From Candidatus Marinacidobacterales bacterium (GTDB taxonomy: Bacteria > Acidobacteriota > Vicinamibacteria > Marinacidobacterales > DATDRI01), in the NCBI GenBank assembly GCA_965226495.1, contig OZ245365.1, forward strand, positions 224,001 to 288,000: a DNA stretch of 64,000 bases, read 5' to 3'. The translations under genes and the position numbers were made by a program. A model generated the notes under the pieces. The model searched no databases and was not told the DNA's origin. It saw only the letters and a list, made by a program, of their open reading frames with translations. Below are positions 10,801 through 19,500 of the stretch, one piece after another. Positions within the stretch are counted from its first letter, which is position 1, and the number at the start of each line of letters is the position of its first letter.

Positions 10801-13402
10801 CGGCTGACGGATTGTCGTCGTACGACTCGGCAATGCGTGTGCCGGAGCCGGTCACGATGATGGCGAGTGAATTCCCGTTGGCCCATCCCCCGCGGTTGAC
10901 GATCTGTTGAATGATCGGAGAGAGATCCGGAGTTCTCTGGTTGGGTCCGGCCTCCCCGACGAGCGTCCACGCCGGGACGCTCGTCCAGGCTACCGAGGCG
11001 CCGGTCTTGATTCGGGTTGTAATGTCGCCAAGGCCCGTCGTGAAGACCGGGGCATTGTCGATGTCTTCTCCCTGGAAAGTCAGATTGGTTAACACGGAGC
11101 TCGATTGATCGGCTCCGAACTGGATATAGGCACTCGTAATGGTGGCGCTCGGGGGAACGGTAATGTTCTGGAACCGCAAACCGACTTCCTGAAAGGCCGC
11201 TCCGTCCTCGACGAGCTCGAGATCGGCATTGACGACGCTGACCGCACTGGTACCGGTATCTTCCTCCGCGTCATCGTCGCTTTGTGACACACGGACTTCC
11301 ACGACCGCGATGCCCTCTCCACCATCATCATTGCGCCAGCGATAGTGCGCCTGGGTGAGATCGGGAGGGGCGGGCACGAACTCGTCCGCACCGATGTCGG
11401 GGGAAAAGGGATCCCGCGCCTCTCCATCGATATCGTCGGTGATCGGCAGGTTGGGATCGCTGTCGAGATCGGCTCCGAACAAGGTCCAGAGACTAAAGGA
11501 GTCGCTCAGCAAGTGAAGGTCTTCGAAGCCGGCCGTGGTGTCGACGAAGTAGGACGCGTATGCCGATTGGTTGGTCGCACCAACCGCGGTCCCGTCCGAG
11601 GAGACATTGTTGCTTTGAGTGATCGTGCCAACAAAGCACGCTGCTGACCCAAGACCGGTCACCGCGACATCCAGGACCGCGGTGCTCCTGACGGTGACGT
11701 TACCTACGCTTCTAAAGATGCCCCTGGCGTCCCGGTCATTGCCGGTGTTCTTGATATTAAAGATGGTGTTGTTATGGACATAAATGTTGGAACCCGCCGA
11801 GGCGCTGGTTACGTTCACAGCAAAGACATCCGCAACGGGGTTTGCTGTCGTCTGCTCGAGGTCATAGAGGATCGAGTTACTGAGCTTTACGTTACCATTG
11901 TCGATATCCAACCCGTTCACATCGGCGTCGCCACCACTGCCGTTCTGGCTTCGAAGATCATGAATCATGAGCTTGCTGAATCGAATGTCGGAGGAAAGAG
12001 AAACAGAAGTGTCGACTTCAATTCCCTCAACGGTCATACCGTTAGTCACACTAGAGCCATCGATCTCCACGCCCGTGATACGGACATCATCGTCAAGGAT
12101 TTCGATGATTCTTACGACTATCGGTGCGCTACTTATCGGCGCTAAACGGAACCCGGTTCCCGCGGTTCCCGTGTGACGCTGGGAAACGCCCACTTCATTC
12201 GCGCCGGTGGGCGTATAGATATGGATGTAGTTGTTCGGACCCGTCGCATATCCGCTTATTTGCACGATGTCATTCAGGGGAGCGTCGTTGTAACAGGTCC
12301 AGTTGAGCTGGAAGTTGCCAGTAACGAGGTCCGGCGTGTTGAGGTGATTCGCGTTGGAGGAGCCTGCTACCGCTGCCGTCAAGCTGTTGAAGGCGCGGAA
12401 AATCGAGATCGTCGTGAGGCCGAAACTAATGTTCGAATCGCCAGGCGTCCCGCCGTTCGCGGCAGAGTCTTGAATCGTGAAGACGGTCGACGAAGTGCGT
12501 CCGGTGATGTAATAACGATTGGCGCCTTCCTGAACCTCGTCGCCCACGCCGACGTCGTTGGGTGCAGGGTTCGTGAGAGTGAGCGTCCCCGTCGCCGCAG
12601 AAGCTGTGTCCGAGTGCAGGGTCGTGTTGTCGGTCCCCACGGAGTAGTAGATCGAGGTACCAACCGGCGCCGCCGGTCGTATGACCACGCCGGCCATGTC
12701 CCAGTCGGTTGCGGAGGATGCCGTGTGATCGGCACTGTCGATGCCTGCGGTGGCAAGGGTTCGGTCGTGGACGTATAGGTTCGCACCGTCCGTCCCGCCG
12801 CTATTCGAGACAAAGGCGCGTTGTGCGTAGGCTGCGTCCTCGACGGTGAGCGTTTGGTTACGTGGGTGGGAAGCAACGTAGAGGACCGAGTCGTTCAACG
12901 TCGACGTCAGGCTCAGCGATAGGTTTGCGTTGTCGATTCCACCAGTGCAGGCGCCGCTTGGTCCGTTGGTGTTGGAGCCGGCGGCACCCTCGGTGGGAGT
13001 CGTGGGGTCTGCCCCCGAGTAACGGCTGATCGCTGCGGTGGCACGTTGAGCGGCCGCGCTCAGCGTGACGACAGTGCTAAAAGCCGCGCCGGGTGATCCG
13101 AACGCTTGCCAGATCTCGATGCGAGGCTCGGTGAGCCTGGCCGCGCATTGAGTGACCTGCTGAGTCCAGGTGAGGCCGCCGCCACTGATGGAGCTCACAT
13201 TGACGCCGGTCTCGTAGATGGCAGCGGCGGTCACGTAGAGCTGGTCGGTGCCGCCTTGAACGCCGCCGATGTTGAGGGAGCTCGTGGCCGATCCGGCGAC
13301 GGTCAGCGTTTCTTGGTGGACGACCGCCGCGTGGGAGGAGGCTGCGGCCAGCAGGCAGAAGGCCGCAATGAGGAAACCGTGTACTTTCCTTGCGACGCTC
13401 AT
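1..13402 (-). CDS. Giant secreted modular protein (>4,460 aa, 3' end outside the window): signal peptide, five beta-helix/'WDxGADE' modules, three 'YRWRNDD' scaffold modules, a VELLxF/Fn3-like domain, then the propeptide and linker region of a C25 (gingipain-like) peptidase cassette
   Basis: ATG at 13402 with GGAGA upstream reads MSVARKVHGFLIAAFCLLAAASSHA-AVV (signal peptide). The same frame still reads GSSLLLDTTGPMP at positions 40-2, matching the paralog. The ORF track lists no stop-terminated ORF from this start, consistent with an open frame to the window edge. Confidence 0.9.
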   Translation of the reverse strand, partial: MSVARKVHGFLIAAFCLLAAASSHAAVVHQETLTVAGSATSSLNIGGVQGGTDQLYVTAAAIYETGVNVSSISGGGLTWTQQVTQCAARLTEPRIEIWQAFGSPGAAFSTVVTLSAAAQRATAAISRYSGADPTTPTEGAAGSNTNGPSGACTGGIDNANLSLSLTSTLNDSVLYVASHPRNQTLTVEDAAYAQRAFVSNSGGTDGANLYVHDRTLATAGIDSADHTASSATDWDMAGVVIRPAAPVGTSIYYSVGTDNTTLHSDTASAATGTLTLTNPAPNDVGVGDEVQEGANRYYITGRTSSTVFTIQDSAANGGTPGDSNISFGLTTISIFRAFNSLTAAVAGSSNANHLNTPDLVTGNFQLNWTCYNDAPLNDIVQISGYATGPNNYIHIYTPTGANEVGVSQRHTGTAGTGFRLAPISSAPIVVRIIEILDDDVRITGVEIDGSSVTNGMTVEGIEVDTSVSLSSDIRFSKLMIHDLRSQNGSGGDADVNGLDIDNGNVKLSNSILYDLEQTTANPVADVFAVNVTSASAGSNIYVHNNTIFNIKNTGNDRDARGIFRSVGNVTVRSTAVLDVAVTGLGSAACFVGTITQSNNVSSDGTAVGATNQSAYASYFVDTTAGFEDLHLLSDSFSLWTLFGADLDSDPNLPITDDIDGEARDPFSPDIGADEFVPAPPDLTQAHYRWRNDDGGEGIAVVEVRVSQSDDDAEEDTGTSAVSVVNADLELVEDGAAFQEVGLRFQNITVPPSATITSAYIQFGADQSSSVLTNLTFQGEDIDNAPVFTTGLGDITTRIKTGASVAWTSVPAWTLVGEAGPNQRTPDLSPIIQQIVNRGGWANGNSLAIIVTGSGTRIAESYDDNPSAAPLLHIEYATGAAATFPLAEDTKLVGLSKNTIRRVRLEVSNEGGPAPGPVSLELQVAETATCAAGTYTSVPIGSGGHWQIIDSSFITDGEPTANISPGLTDEALNFVAGELKDTSNATGSLLLDGAEFTEVEFSIQATANATGGGDYCFRLYDDINNQVLDTYTVYAEAQLAGDDIFVGASGTQTVVMPIPSTDQYVGGKFVITDNTGSHNITDITIAESGTVDALNNLSNIKLFYELDTTAPFDGASQSYTGTEAQFGVTDTDGFSAANGTSSFTGSVAISTLASMVVYVVFDVGPAAVDGETVEIGIGDPSTDVVATSASVGPATSVEISGTTTLSTPDLTQIHYRWRNDDGGEPTGGGAIQAGATADTMTTSGTDVVVSGMTLTPGPGDYLVWFSGSVESTAASTQHVSLYLDGARVGHTEREITTDSSVPNTSFLVALHARLTGVTAGQTIDIRWRTDAGTATMHERTLVVEPVNVADTSQAAVVLDTATTSGADVPVSGMSITPGAGDYLVWFSGSVESDTASTRQFVSIYQNGTQIADSEREIFTEASIPDTSFSVATHARILGLGAGESIDIRWRTTGGTATMHERTLVVQKINPVDVFQATATGDDTTSATSDVLVPGMTLTPGAGQYLVWFSGSMEGDLVNTTQYVSIYVNGVQLPHTPRQIFTEDSIAATSFPIATHAYVIGVGASDTIDVRWRTTGGNATMHQRTLVVQNLGSGSGATFAAAEDTRLTGLAKNTIKRVRLEVSNEGGGGSGAVNYELQVAETTVCSGGTYTTVPTGSADHWQVIDSTFVTDGQPTSDISPGLTNEATTFVAGELKDLGNTTGGITLAPDEFSEIEFSVQATTNATDGGDYCFRLYDATNSQVLDTYTVFAQVQLAVAGGASLTLADHGTGQIGDRFTTTTPVTDVLFRFNLSRTGPVTVANIRVNFTTGGGVVSGDVSSGELYRDANNDGVIDGGDILVQGGVSPTGGVLAFNSLSEDPTVGTNYLVRATVANLAVGDTTTFYLGLSDIDVVESGVVESGSTSDATHTQDPVTGGDVFYSVGTETADLKTGTPSITIANGTATLTSAQTGNIGVGDEIDYDIGNTKAYIKSVISQTEFVVHTATGAAPINVNGLGVNAIRRAFNTLFDAEANSGDAAHLTTFDLTGTGAGANLTWVCYNDSFPFNMATQVVVDGYITDATHTLTLTVASASDVASGVSQRHVGIAGTGARVIATGSNGPLLIVSDDYTTVEWLEIDGDRDSSLDRGYGIRIDGPVTDVTLRQLIVHDVEGTTGFARGIGIRQANPVYVYNNFVYDIVSSNDAGTVYGIVDENVGAFNTFIYNNTLYNVRNSQATSSTNVYGIVVPDTSERNVRNNIVIGVTTAGSGFFQDYCAYTGILGAETCHTPPTPPANATFQFNMSSDASALDNPPGTTSITGENALEFKNAADGFEDLHLAATANAINAGTDLTPTFPNDVDDQARLGFWDMGADEVVATENLRSIGDAPDYVAGTITATDGSSVVTGTGTNWQTANRGRGDRIDINNMDYTILSVDSETQLTLTTPVAGNFSGTYTISRQFGTLPQWETCISGGGGCVYFPVASGNLVAEGRKEIGIMYADSPFNAPVIIDGSITDPVHSITLTADGPNRHYGIPGRGVVFDNTFNLVDAIGVRDDFVTVEWLEIFGGGDPNADGIHVRNQAIFNYVVVRNLLVHDMPRAGITTNDADAVTDIYNNIIYNAGRGIRVDNTLAATAQVRILNNTVHNSSGTGGITSLGGSAVVLLQNNIAHTTAGGNDFDVPNLDPSSSDNLASDPSGILHSPSGGGINVPLVAVSFVNAPAGNLHINPGSAAEGVAFNLSAIFTVDIDDGLRSSWDIGADEVAAIPQELTQVRYRWRNDDGNEVAATWAAPENTKLTGVTKGPIRRLRFQVANGGGTSSGPLTYQLQVAETASCSLGAYSPVPTDNSGHWRVDGSSFVTDGEPTTNVAPGLTDAASTFVTGEVKDAGNTTGGINLDSDEFTEIEFAINATANATDLGDYCFRLYDANGGAPLPVYSVYAAASVAGPASLILADHDLGQIPDQFSTTTPVTTELFGFKLTRSGTVTVDGVQVHFSTGSGVVDGDVTAGELWRDENNNGVIDGGTDTLLQGAVTPSGGVLDFGAILEDPGVTGTNYLVGVTVANLVPGDTTTFSMGIGDLDDVEVGVNRSGSVPDAVHTQDSVMGGDVFYSVGTDTSDFLTASDISITNGTATFTVPQTGDIGVGDEIDFGGPKVYIKTVLSPTQFVVHAANGGVPGDVGTATVVSIMRAFNDLGAAAVGSGDVNHLNNFDLLAAGANLTWVAYNDTPFVSGVAINGYTTDATHFITLTVADASQVVSGNTQQHSGTAGTGVVIDSGGGPGGVIEIFEDFTRLHWFEVTGVKGVLPSGYVITVGAQEVEISHVLVHDFDDAANPTNDGISIADSGAADFYSLAVRNSIIYDGQDRCIQGDQADDTVTVENTTVYGCQSGIHQDLGSSLFISNTISMGNGLDFDVSGGGSFSNNMSEDGTAPGPASLINQIAADQFVNITAGDENNWDLHLIPTSTAISVGTPLGSVLDDIDRQARGTGAGWEMGADETRTVNYRSIGTAADYNAGSIDAFDGSFTVTGTGTSWQTANRGRGDRIDINGTDYTIFSVDSETELTLTTPVVGNFTGGYTISRQFDTLQEWEDCISGAGGCTYFPVAGSDLVFENRKEVGIAYDDSVFTRGVVIEGSTTSPDHDITLTVEANNRHYGIAGTGVVLDSATAPNSEDEVVIDNDNVTVEWLEIQNVRGATGDGGVKVRPATNVLLRFLLVHDSSNGIRLSGTGSKSVIVQNSIVYNNDDSGIEADDAGDLLTVDSSTVIGNGGDGIFADASDVTVRNTISINGGVDFSVTSGSLTQDNNISGDASASCGICFPDRDATDILNPGPAPRNGWVIFQSLGAGTENFHLQNNPAENDAQNNGLDLSGSFIADIDGGARTAPWDIGADQIAATTAVELLTFEAQGGDSAIELRWETGSEVDNVGFYLYRAASESGPYQLVNPSMVPGLGSSPLGASYRYVDSGLVNGQSYFYELEDLESNGVRERHGPVYATPLAGASFDSPTEDVGEDDDGSSSSDEHGITYGNPEQTILRVVKRSRRQVTLELITGGFYAEPQDDGSVRLSIPGFLEDWEPGTPAIPVKRTWLQAVVGKQVKIKSVKAKSVEAFSLRPTSAELLEPVMLPDGTVSLASSAQQPGKAFRGQGLYPESPVHIVSIAFQGDVKKAFLELSPLRWDRSTGQLLLARRLIVKVKFKGKVPGEKSLGGSRGRKRRKKNAGSGNVVANLVTHDSGLYGVSYQSLFGSRRKGIKTKTLNLTYQGEPVAFTVHPNKKQFKRGSRLYFLSGGEELNPYGREAVYVLSVSGGGQRMELGSASPSGLQVGHYWKTLKLEENHLFQGRLTTAPDVWLWDFLLAPVTKAYSFYVENLAPTSESGSLKVWIQGTTDLPTDPDHHVRIYLNGMLLDDFTLEGELPWLSDLSLLPGALLEGQNTLELENVGDTGAAYSRIMLNRFEVTYPSQLVADSGQLRGSFGQSGVAEVTGLTGSSLLLDTTGPMP
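8640..9720 (-). repeat. Three tandem ~120-aa repeats inside giant protein 1
   Basis: Each copy contains GMxxTPGxGxYLVWFSGSxE...IDxRWRTxxGxATMHxRTLVV. Confidence 0.9.
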
Positions 13403-13435
13403 TGGCTTGCAGATGTCTCCCGCTGAGCGGAAGAC

Positions 13436-13455
13436 AACGCAAGATATGTGCCGGG
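13436..13455 (-). promoter_or_regulatory. Sigma-54 (-24/-12) promoter of giant gene 1
   Basis: Minus strand reads cccGGCACatatcTTGCgtt (GG-N10-GC), about 35 nt upstream of the ATG. It matches the motif upstream of giant gene 2 at 19 of 20 positions. Confidence 0.8.
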
Positions 13456-13479
13456 AGGTACGTTCGGTAACTAGTTTTG

Positions 13480-13492
13480 ATTCAATGGTTTG
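13480..13492. promoter_or_regulatory. IHF-like site upstream of the sigma-54 promoter
   Basis: ATTCAA-TGGT-TTG, one mismatch to WATCAA-N4-TTR, at nearly the same offset from the promoter as the site near gene 2. Confidence 0.5.
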
Positions 13493-13535
13493 ACACTTGG
13501 TGCCGTTCGTGGGGCGGGGGGAAATGCCAACACCC

Positions 13536-16500
13536 TTATGGGGTGTTTTGGAGCCTCATGGCGGGGTCCCCGAAGAGGTGGTAGATGCTGAGTAGCTCGA
13601 GATATCCACCGGACTCCGCAAACTTGGACTGGGCTTCGAGGACGGCGTCACCGAGGGTTGCGTGTCCTCCATGGAGAAGTTCTTCGAGCAAGAGTCGGTG
13701 ATAGAAGTGAGCGGGTCCATCGAGACTCTCCCCGCTGGGAGAAAAAGCGGCGACGATGCCCTTGCCGTCGGCCTTCAAGAGAGTTTCCGATAAGGAATCG
13801 AAAGTCGGGAACTGGAAGTATCCGTTCAAGCAGTTCATGGTGAGAAGCAATGGGTAGTGTGCGGGATAGTCGAGAGACTCGACGTGGTCGGATCTCAAGA
13901 TATTTTCAGACCATAGATTCATGGCACCGTGGCCGATGTAGCTGACCAGCGAGCCGCCTTCGTTGAAAGCATCGAGAATGCTGTCGTGAGTGCCGGCAGC
14001 GCCCAAACTCATCGAGATAGATCTTTTGGACTTCGTTGCCGGCTAAAAGCGAGGCGGCGAGCTCATCGGCGTTCGCCTCGAAGTCGCCGGCTCTTGGGTC
14101 AGGCCGGTCGGCAATGAGGACCGCCCGTCCCCCGAGTCCCATCCCTTCCGTTTCATAAGCGACGATCTTCTCCACCATGGCCTGTGCTTCTTGGAGATTA
14201 GCGGCGGGGAGTCTTCCAATGGCGAGGTCAGGCAACAAGTCGTCGCCGTTGACCGCGGCATAGGCCGGGTCGGAAGCGGTCCAGAGATAGGTGGACTTGA
14301 ATGGGAAAGGAGGGACTTGGTTCTGAACACCCCATCCGAAGTAGTCCTTGAAGTCGAAAGTCCCGTCACCGAGGAGCAAGACGTAGCGAGGAGGAGTTCT
14401 CCAGTTGTGATAGGCATGCTCCAAGAAGCTCCTGATGGCGTCGGGCCTGGTCTCACCATGACCGAACTCGGAATAGATCTGCTCGATGGGTACGGCCAGA
14501 ACGGTGAGACCTTGGCTAAGTCTGAGCTCGAGCAAAGGCCATGAGGCTTCGAGAAGATTCTCGGGACCAATAACGACGTAGTTGGCCCCGTAGAGCATGC
14601 TCTTGAGCCGATAGGGGAAGGGTCGTCGTATCTCTGGGCTCATGACGGCGGTAGAGTCGGCGACAAGGTAATGATGTTGTGATTCGGCCCTGAAACGGAG
14701 TCCGCCTTCAAAAGGTTGCGCACCGCTTAGCCACTTGGTTACGGGACCCGTGGTGTCGAGGAGCAAAGAACTACCCGTGAGACCTGTGACCTCGGCGACC
14801 CCGGACTCACCAAAGCTCCCCCGGAGCTGTCCGGAATCGGCGACCAACTGGCTCGGGTAGGTGACCTCGAACCGATTGAGCATGATGCGAGAGTAAGCGG
14901 CGCCGGTATCGCCGACGTTTTCAATCTCGAGAGTGTTCTCGCCCTCTAAGAGAGCACCAGGAAGCAGCGAGAGGTCGCTCATCCAGGGAAGCTCGCCCTC
15001 GAGCGTGAAGTCGTCGAGCAACATACCGTTGAGGTAGATGCGGACATGATGGTCGGGGTCGGTGGGTAAGTCGGTGGTTCCCTGAATCCATACCTTGAGA
15101 GAACCGCTCTCGGAGGTGGGGGCGAGGTCCTGTACCTCGAAGGAATAGGCCTTGGTGACGGGAGCCAATAGAAAATCCCAGAGCCAGACATCGGGAGCGG
15201 TGGTGAGCCTGCCTTGGAAGAGATGGTTCTCTTCGAGCTTCAAGGTCTTCCAGTAGTGCCCGACCTGTAAGCCCGAAGGAGAAGCAGAGCCACGTTCCAT
15301 CTTCTGGCCACCGCCGGAGGCGGAGAGGACATAGACGGCCTCTCGTCCATAGGGGTTGAGCTCTTCGCCGCCACTGAGGAAGTACAGCCGGGAGCCCCGC
15401 TTGAACTGCTTCTTATTGGGGTGGACGGTAAAGGCGACCGGCTCCCCCTGATAGGTGAGGTTGAGCGTCTTGGTCTTGATGCTCTTACGACGACTGCCGA
15501 AGAGGGATTGGTAGGAAACGCCGTAGAGTCCGCTATCGTGTGTGACGAGGTTAGCGACGACGTTTCCGGAGCCGGCATTCTTCTTTCGTCGCTTGCGTCC
15601 CCGGGAGCCGCCCAAAGACTTTTCTCCGGGCACTTTTCCTTTGAACTTGACCTTGACGATGAGGCGACGTGCGAGGAGAAGCTGTCCGGTGGAACGGTCC
15701 CACCGTAGTGGGGAAAGCTCCAAGAAGGCCTTTTTGACGTCACCCTGGAAGGCGATGCTGACGATATGAACTGGACTCTCGGGATAAAGCCCCTGACCGC
15801 GGAAGGCCTTCCCTGGTTGTTGAGCAGAGCTGGCGAGGCTGACGGTGCCGTCGGGTAGCATGACGGGTTCGAGCAGCTCGGCGGAGGTGGGTCTCAAGGA
15901 AAACGCTTCGACGCTTTTTGCCTTGACGGACTTGATCTTGACCTGTTTGCCGACCACGGCTTGTAGCCAGGTGCGTTTGACGGGTATAGCCGGAGTCCCG
16001 GGTTCCCAGTCTTCGAGAAATCCAGGAATGGACAAGCGCACCGAGCCGTCATCTTGGGGCTCGGCATAGAAGCCGCCGGTGATGAGCTCGAGGGTAACTT
16101 GACGGCGGGAGCGTTTCAATACCCGCAAGATGGTCTGTTCAGGATTGCCGTAAGTAATGCCGTGCTCCGAGGAGACGGACTCATCTTCTTCTTCGCCATC
16201 CTCGGCTGGTGAGTCGAAGGTAGCTCCGGCTAAGGGAGTCGCGGAGACCGGTCCATGTCGCTCGCGTACTCCGGTAGATTCCAAGTCTTCGAGCTCGTAG
16301 AAATAGGATTGCCCGTTGACCAAACCGGAGTCGACGTAACGGTAGCTGGCACCGAGCGGAGAAGACCCAAGCCCCGGAATCACGTTTGGGTTCACGGGCT
16401 GGTAGGGTCCGGATTCAGACGTCGCTCGGTAGAGATAGAAGCCGACGTTATCGACCTCGGAGCCCGTTTCCCATCGGAGCTCTATCGCGCCATCTCCACC

Positions 16501-19500
16501 TTGTGCTTCGAAGGAGAGGAGCTCGACCGCGGTCGTCGCGGCGATGTCGTCGGCCCCGATATCCCAGGCCGGTGTTCGAGCGCCGCCATCGATGTCTGCG
16601 ACGAAGGTTCCGCTCAAATTGAGGGCATTGTTCTGAGCATTGTTGATGGCCGGGTTGTCTTGAAGGTGGAAATCTTCAGCTCCCGGCGTGAGATCCACGA
16701 ACATGACCCAGCCGTTAAGCTGGGGTGGAGCGCCTGGTGACGTCAAATCGGTGGCGTCGCGGAACGGAAAGCAGCTACCGCAGGAGGCCGTTCCGTCGGC
16801 GGAGATGTTGTTGTCCACTAGCAGGCCGCCTCCGAACTGGAAGTCTTGCCCGGGCACTGCATTCATGGAAATCGTATTGCGAACGATTGCGGTGGAAAGC
16901 TGGGCGTCGATTCCGCCCTGGACGTTTCCGAAGACCGTGACGTTCTCGACGCTCAAGAGGTCGCTAAGGTTGTCGCCCTCGATGCCCAATTCGTCGTTGT
17001 TGTAGATAATGGAATTGCGCACCGTCACGACTCTATCTCCGGTGTTGCCGGAGAGCCGAATGCCGTTGCTGTTGTCGTGCACGAGCAGGAGACGAAGGAG
17101 CACATTGGTTGCGGAGAAGACCTTTACGCCGGCATCGGTAGAGGCGCCGCGAACGTTGCGGATCTCCAACCACTCGACGGTGACGTTGTCGTTCCGGATC
17201 CGGATCTCGTCTTCGGTATCGCTGGCGGTGAGGGAGTCTAGCAAAACACCGCCCCCGGCCTGTCCATAGTGCCGGTTTCTTGGGTTCGCGGTGAGCGTGA
17301 TGTCATGAAGAGGGTCGGTTATGGAGTCTTCGAACGTGACGCCCCTCACGAAGTCCGGGTCCGACGGCACGGCGGAATCGTTGTAGGCGATCCCGATCTC
17401 CTTCCGATGTTCCAGGACCAGATCGCCGCTGACGACAGGGAAATAGATGCACCCTCCGTTACCGGAGATGCAGTCTTCCCATGCCTGAAGGGTCGTGAAC
17501 TGCCGCGAGATCTCGTAGATCCCAGAGTGATTGCCCGCCACCGGCTCAGTCAGGGTCAACTGCGTTTCCGAGTCCACTCTAAGGATGGTGTAATCCGTTC
17601 CGTTGATGTCTATCCGATCTCCGCGACCTCGATTCGCCGATTGCCAAAGCGTTGTGCTCCCGGTCACGACCGCGGACCCGGCAAATGCGTCGATGGACCC
17701 GTTGGTATAATCGGGAGCGATCCCGATCGAGCGATAGTTCACGTTGAGCGCTTCATCGGCACCGATATCCGGGGTGGAAGGGTCTCGGAGCTCGTCATCG
17801 ATGTCGTCGGTGACGGGAAGATTCAGATCGCCATCGAGATCCGCTCCGGGGGAACCCCAAAGCGCATTGGAGCTCGCCAATAAGTGAAGGTTTTCGGTGC
17901 CGAACACCGCGTCGAAGAAATAGTCGGCGTAATTCGATTGGTTCACCTGGCTTCCAACGCCGGCCGCGGTGCCGTCTGAAGACACGTTGTTGTTCTGCGC
18001 GGCGAAGGCTCCACTGAAGCACGCTTCTGCCCCGGATGGGCTATCGGCAAGTCCCACGTAGTTGTTGCGCACCCACATGGTGCCGCCCGCCGTGTCGGCG
18101 ATCCCCAGCGCGAAGCCGGCGCTTCCGGCGTTAAGGACCCTGAAAACGGTGTTGTTGTAAATGTAGTGGGAGTTACCGGCGGTGGTGGCCTCGATTCCGA
18201 TGGCGTCGCTGGCCGCGTTCGCCGAGAGGTTCGTGATGTTATAGACGAAGTTGTTCCAGATCTTCGTGTCGTTCGCGTCTCCGACCTCGATTCCCCACGT
18301 GTCGCTTTGATCTAATTCATCGGCGGTCCCGTTGCTGATGTCGTAGATGAGCGAATGAGAGATCCGAACGTCTTCCATGGCCGAGCCGCCGTCATCGACG
18401 AAGATGCCCCGTACGTTTTCGCCGAAGCTGACATTGATCCCATCGATTTCGATACCCTCGATGTAAACATAGCCCGTGTCGTTGCTGACGAGGATGAAGT
18501 TGTAGAACCCGGGGCCCGCGGCGACGGACGGGGCAATGCGATAACCGGTGCCGGCGATGCCGATGTGACGTTGTGAGACCCCGACCTGATTGAGTTCGGT
18601 GGGGGTAAAGACCCGGATGTAGTTGTTGGGACCAGTGACCCACGGTTCTTCGATTCTCACGGGCGTTGTGTCCGGTGCTTCGTTGTAGCAAGCCCAATGG
18701 AGGCGGAAGCCGTTGGACACGAGATCCGCTGTGGCGAGGTGAGCGGGGTCGCCCGAGAAGAGGGCGGCGTCGTTCAAGGATGGGAAGGCCCGCATGATGG
18801 AGTTCACCATGGCGGCGTTGATGTTCGGCGGCGCAAGACCGGTAGCAGTGGTGACGGTGTAGGTGCTCGCATTGATCCGGCCGGAAATGTAAACCAACGG
18901 TCCGCCGACGTAGTTGATCTCATCGCCGACTCCGATGCCGCCCGATTGGTCGGTGGTGAAGGTGGCAGTGCCGTTGACAATGGTGATGTCCGTCGGGCCG
19001 CTCTTCAGGTCTATGAGGCTTGCCCGGGAGGTGCCCACCGAGTAATAGACATCACCCCCGGCGGCACTGTCCTGAGTGTGCACCACGCTCGACGCGGTTC
19101 CTGACTCCGCGACGCCCGACTCCACAAGATCGATGCCGTCGAGGTCGAGGGAGAATGTGGTCGCGTCGCCGGCAACCAAGCTGGAGACGGTGGCTAGAAC
19201 GAGATAGTTTGTTCCCGCTCCCGGAGATTCTCCGAGTCCAGAGAAGTCAAGGACGCCGCCGGACGGCGTTACGCCGATTTGAAGCTGTGTGTCGGCGCCG
19301 TCGATGACACCGTCGTTGTTATTGTCTCGCCACAGCTCGCCGGAGGTAACGTCTCCGTTGACGACACCGCCGGTGATCGTGAAATGGACCTTGATGTCGT
19401 CAACCGTTACCGGGCCGGTCCCCGCCGCCGAGAGCTTGAAACGGAAGAGCTCCGTGATCACCGACGGCGACGTAGAGAATTGGTCGGAGACTTGCCCCAC

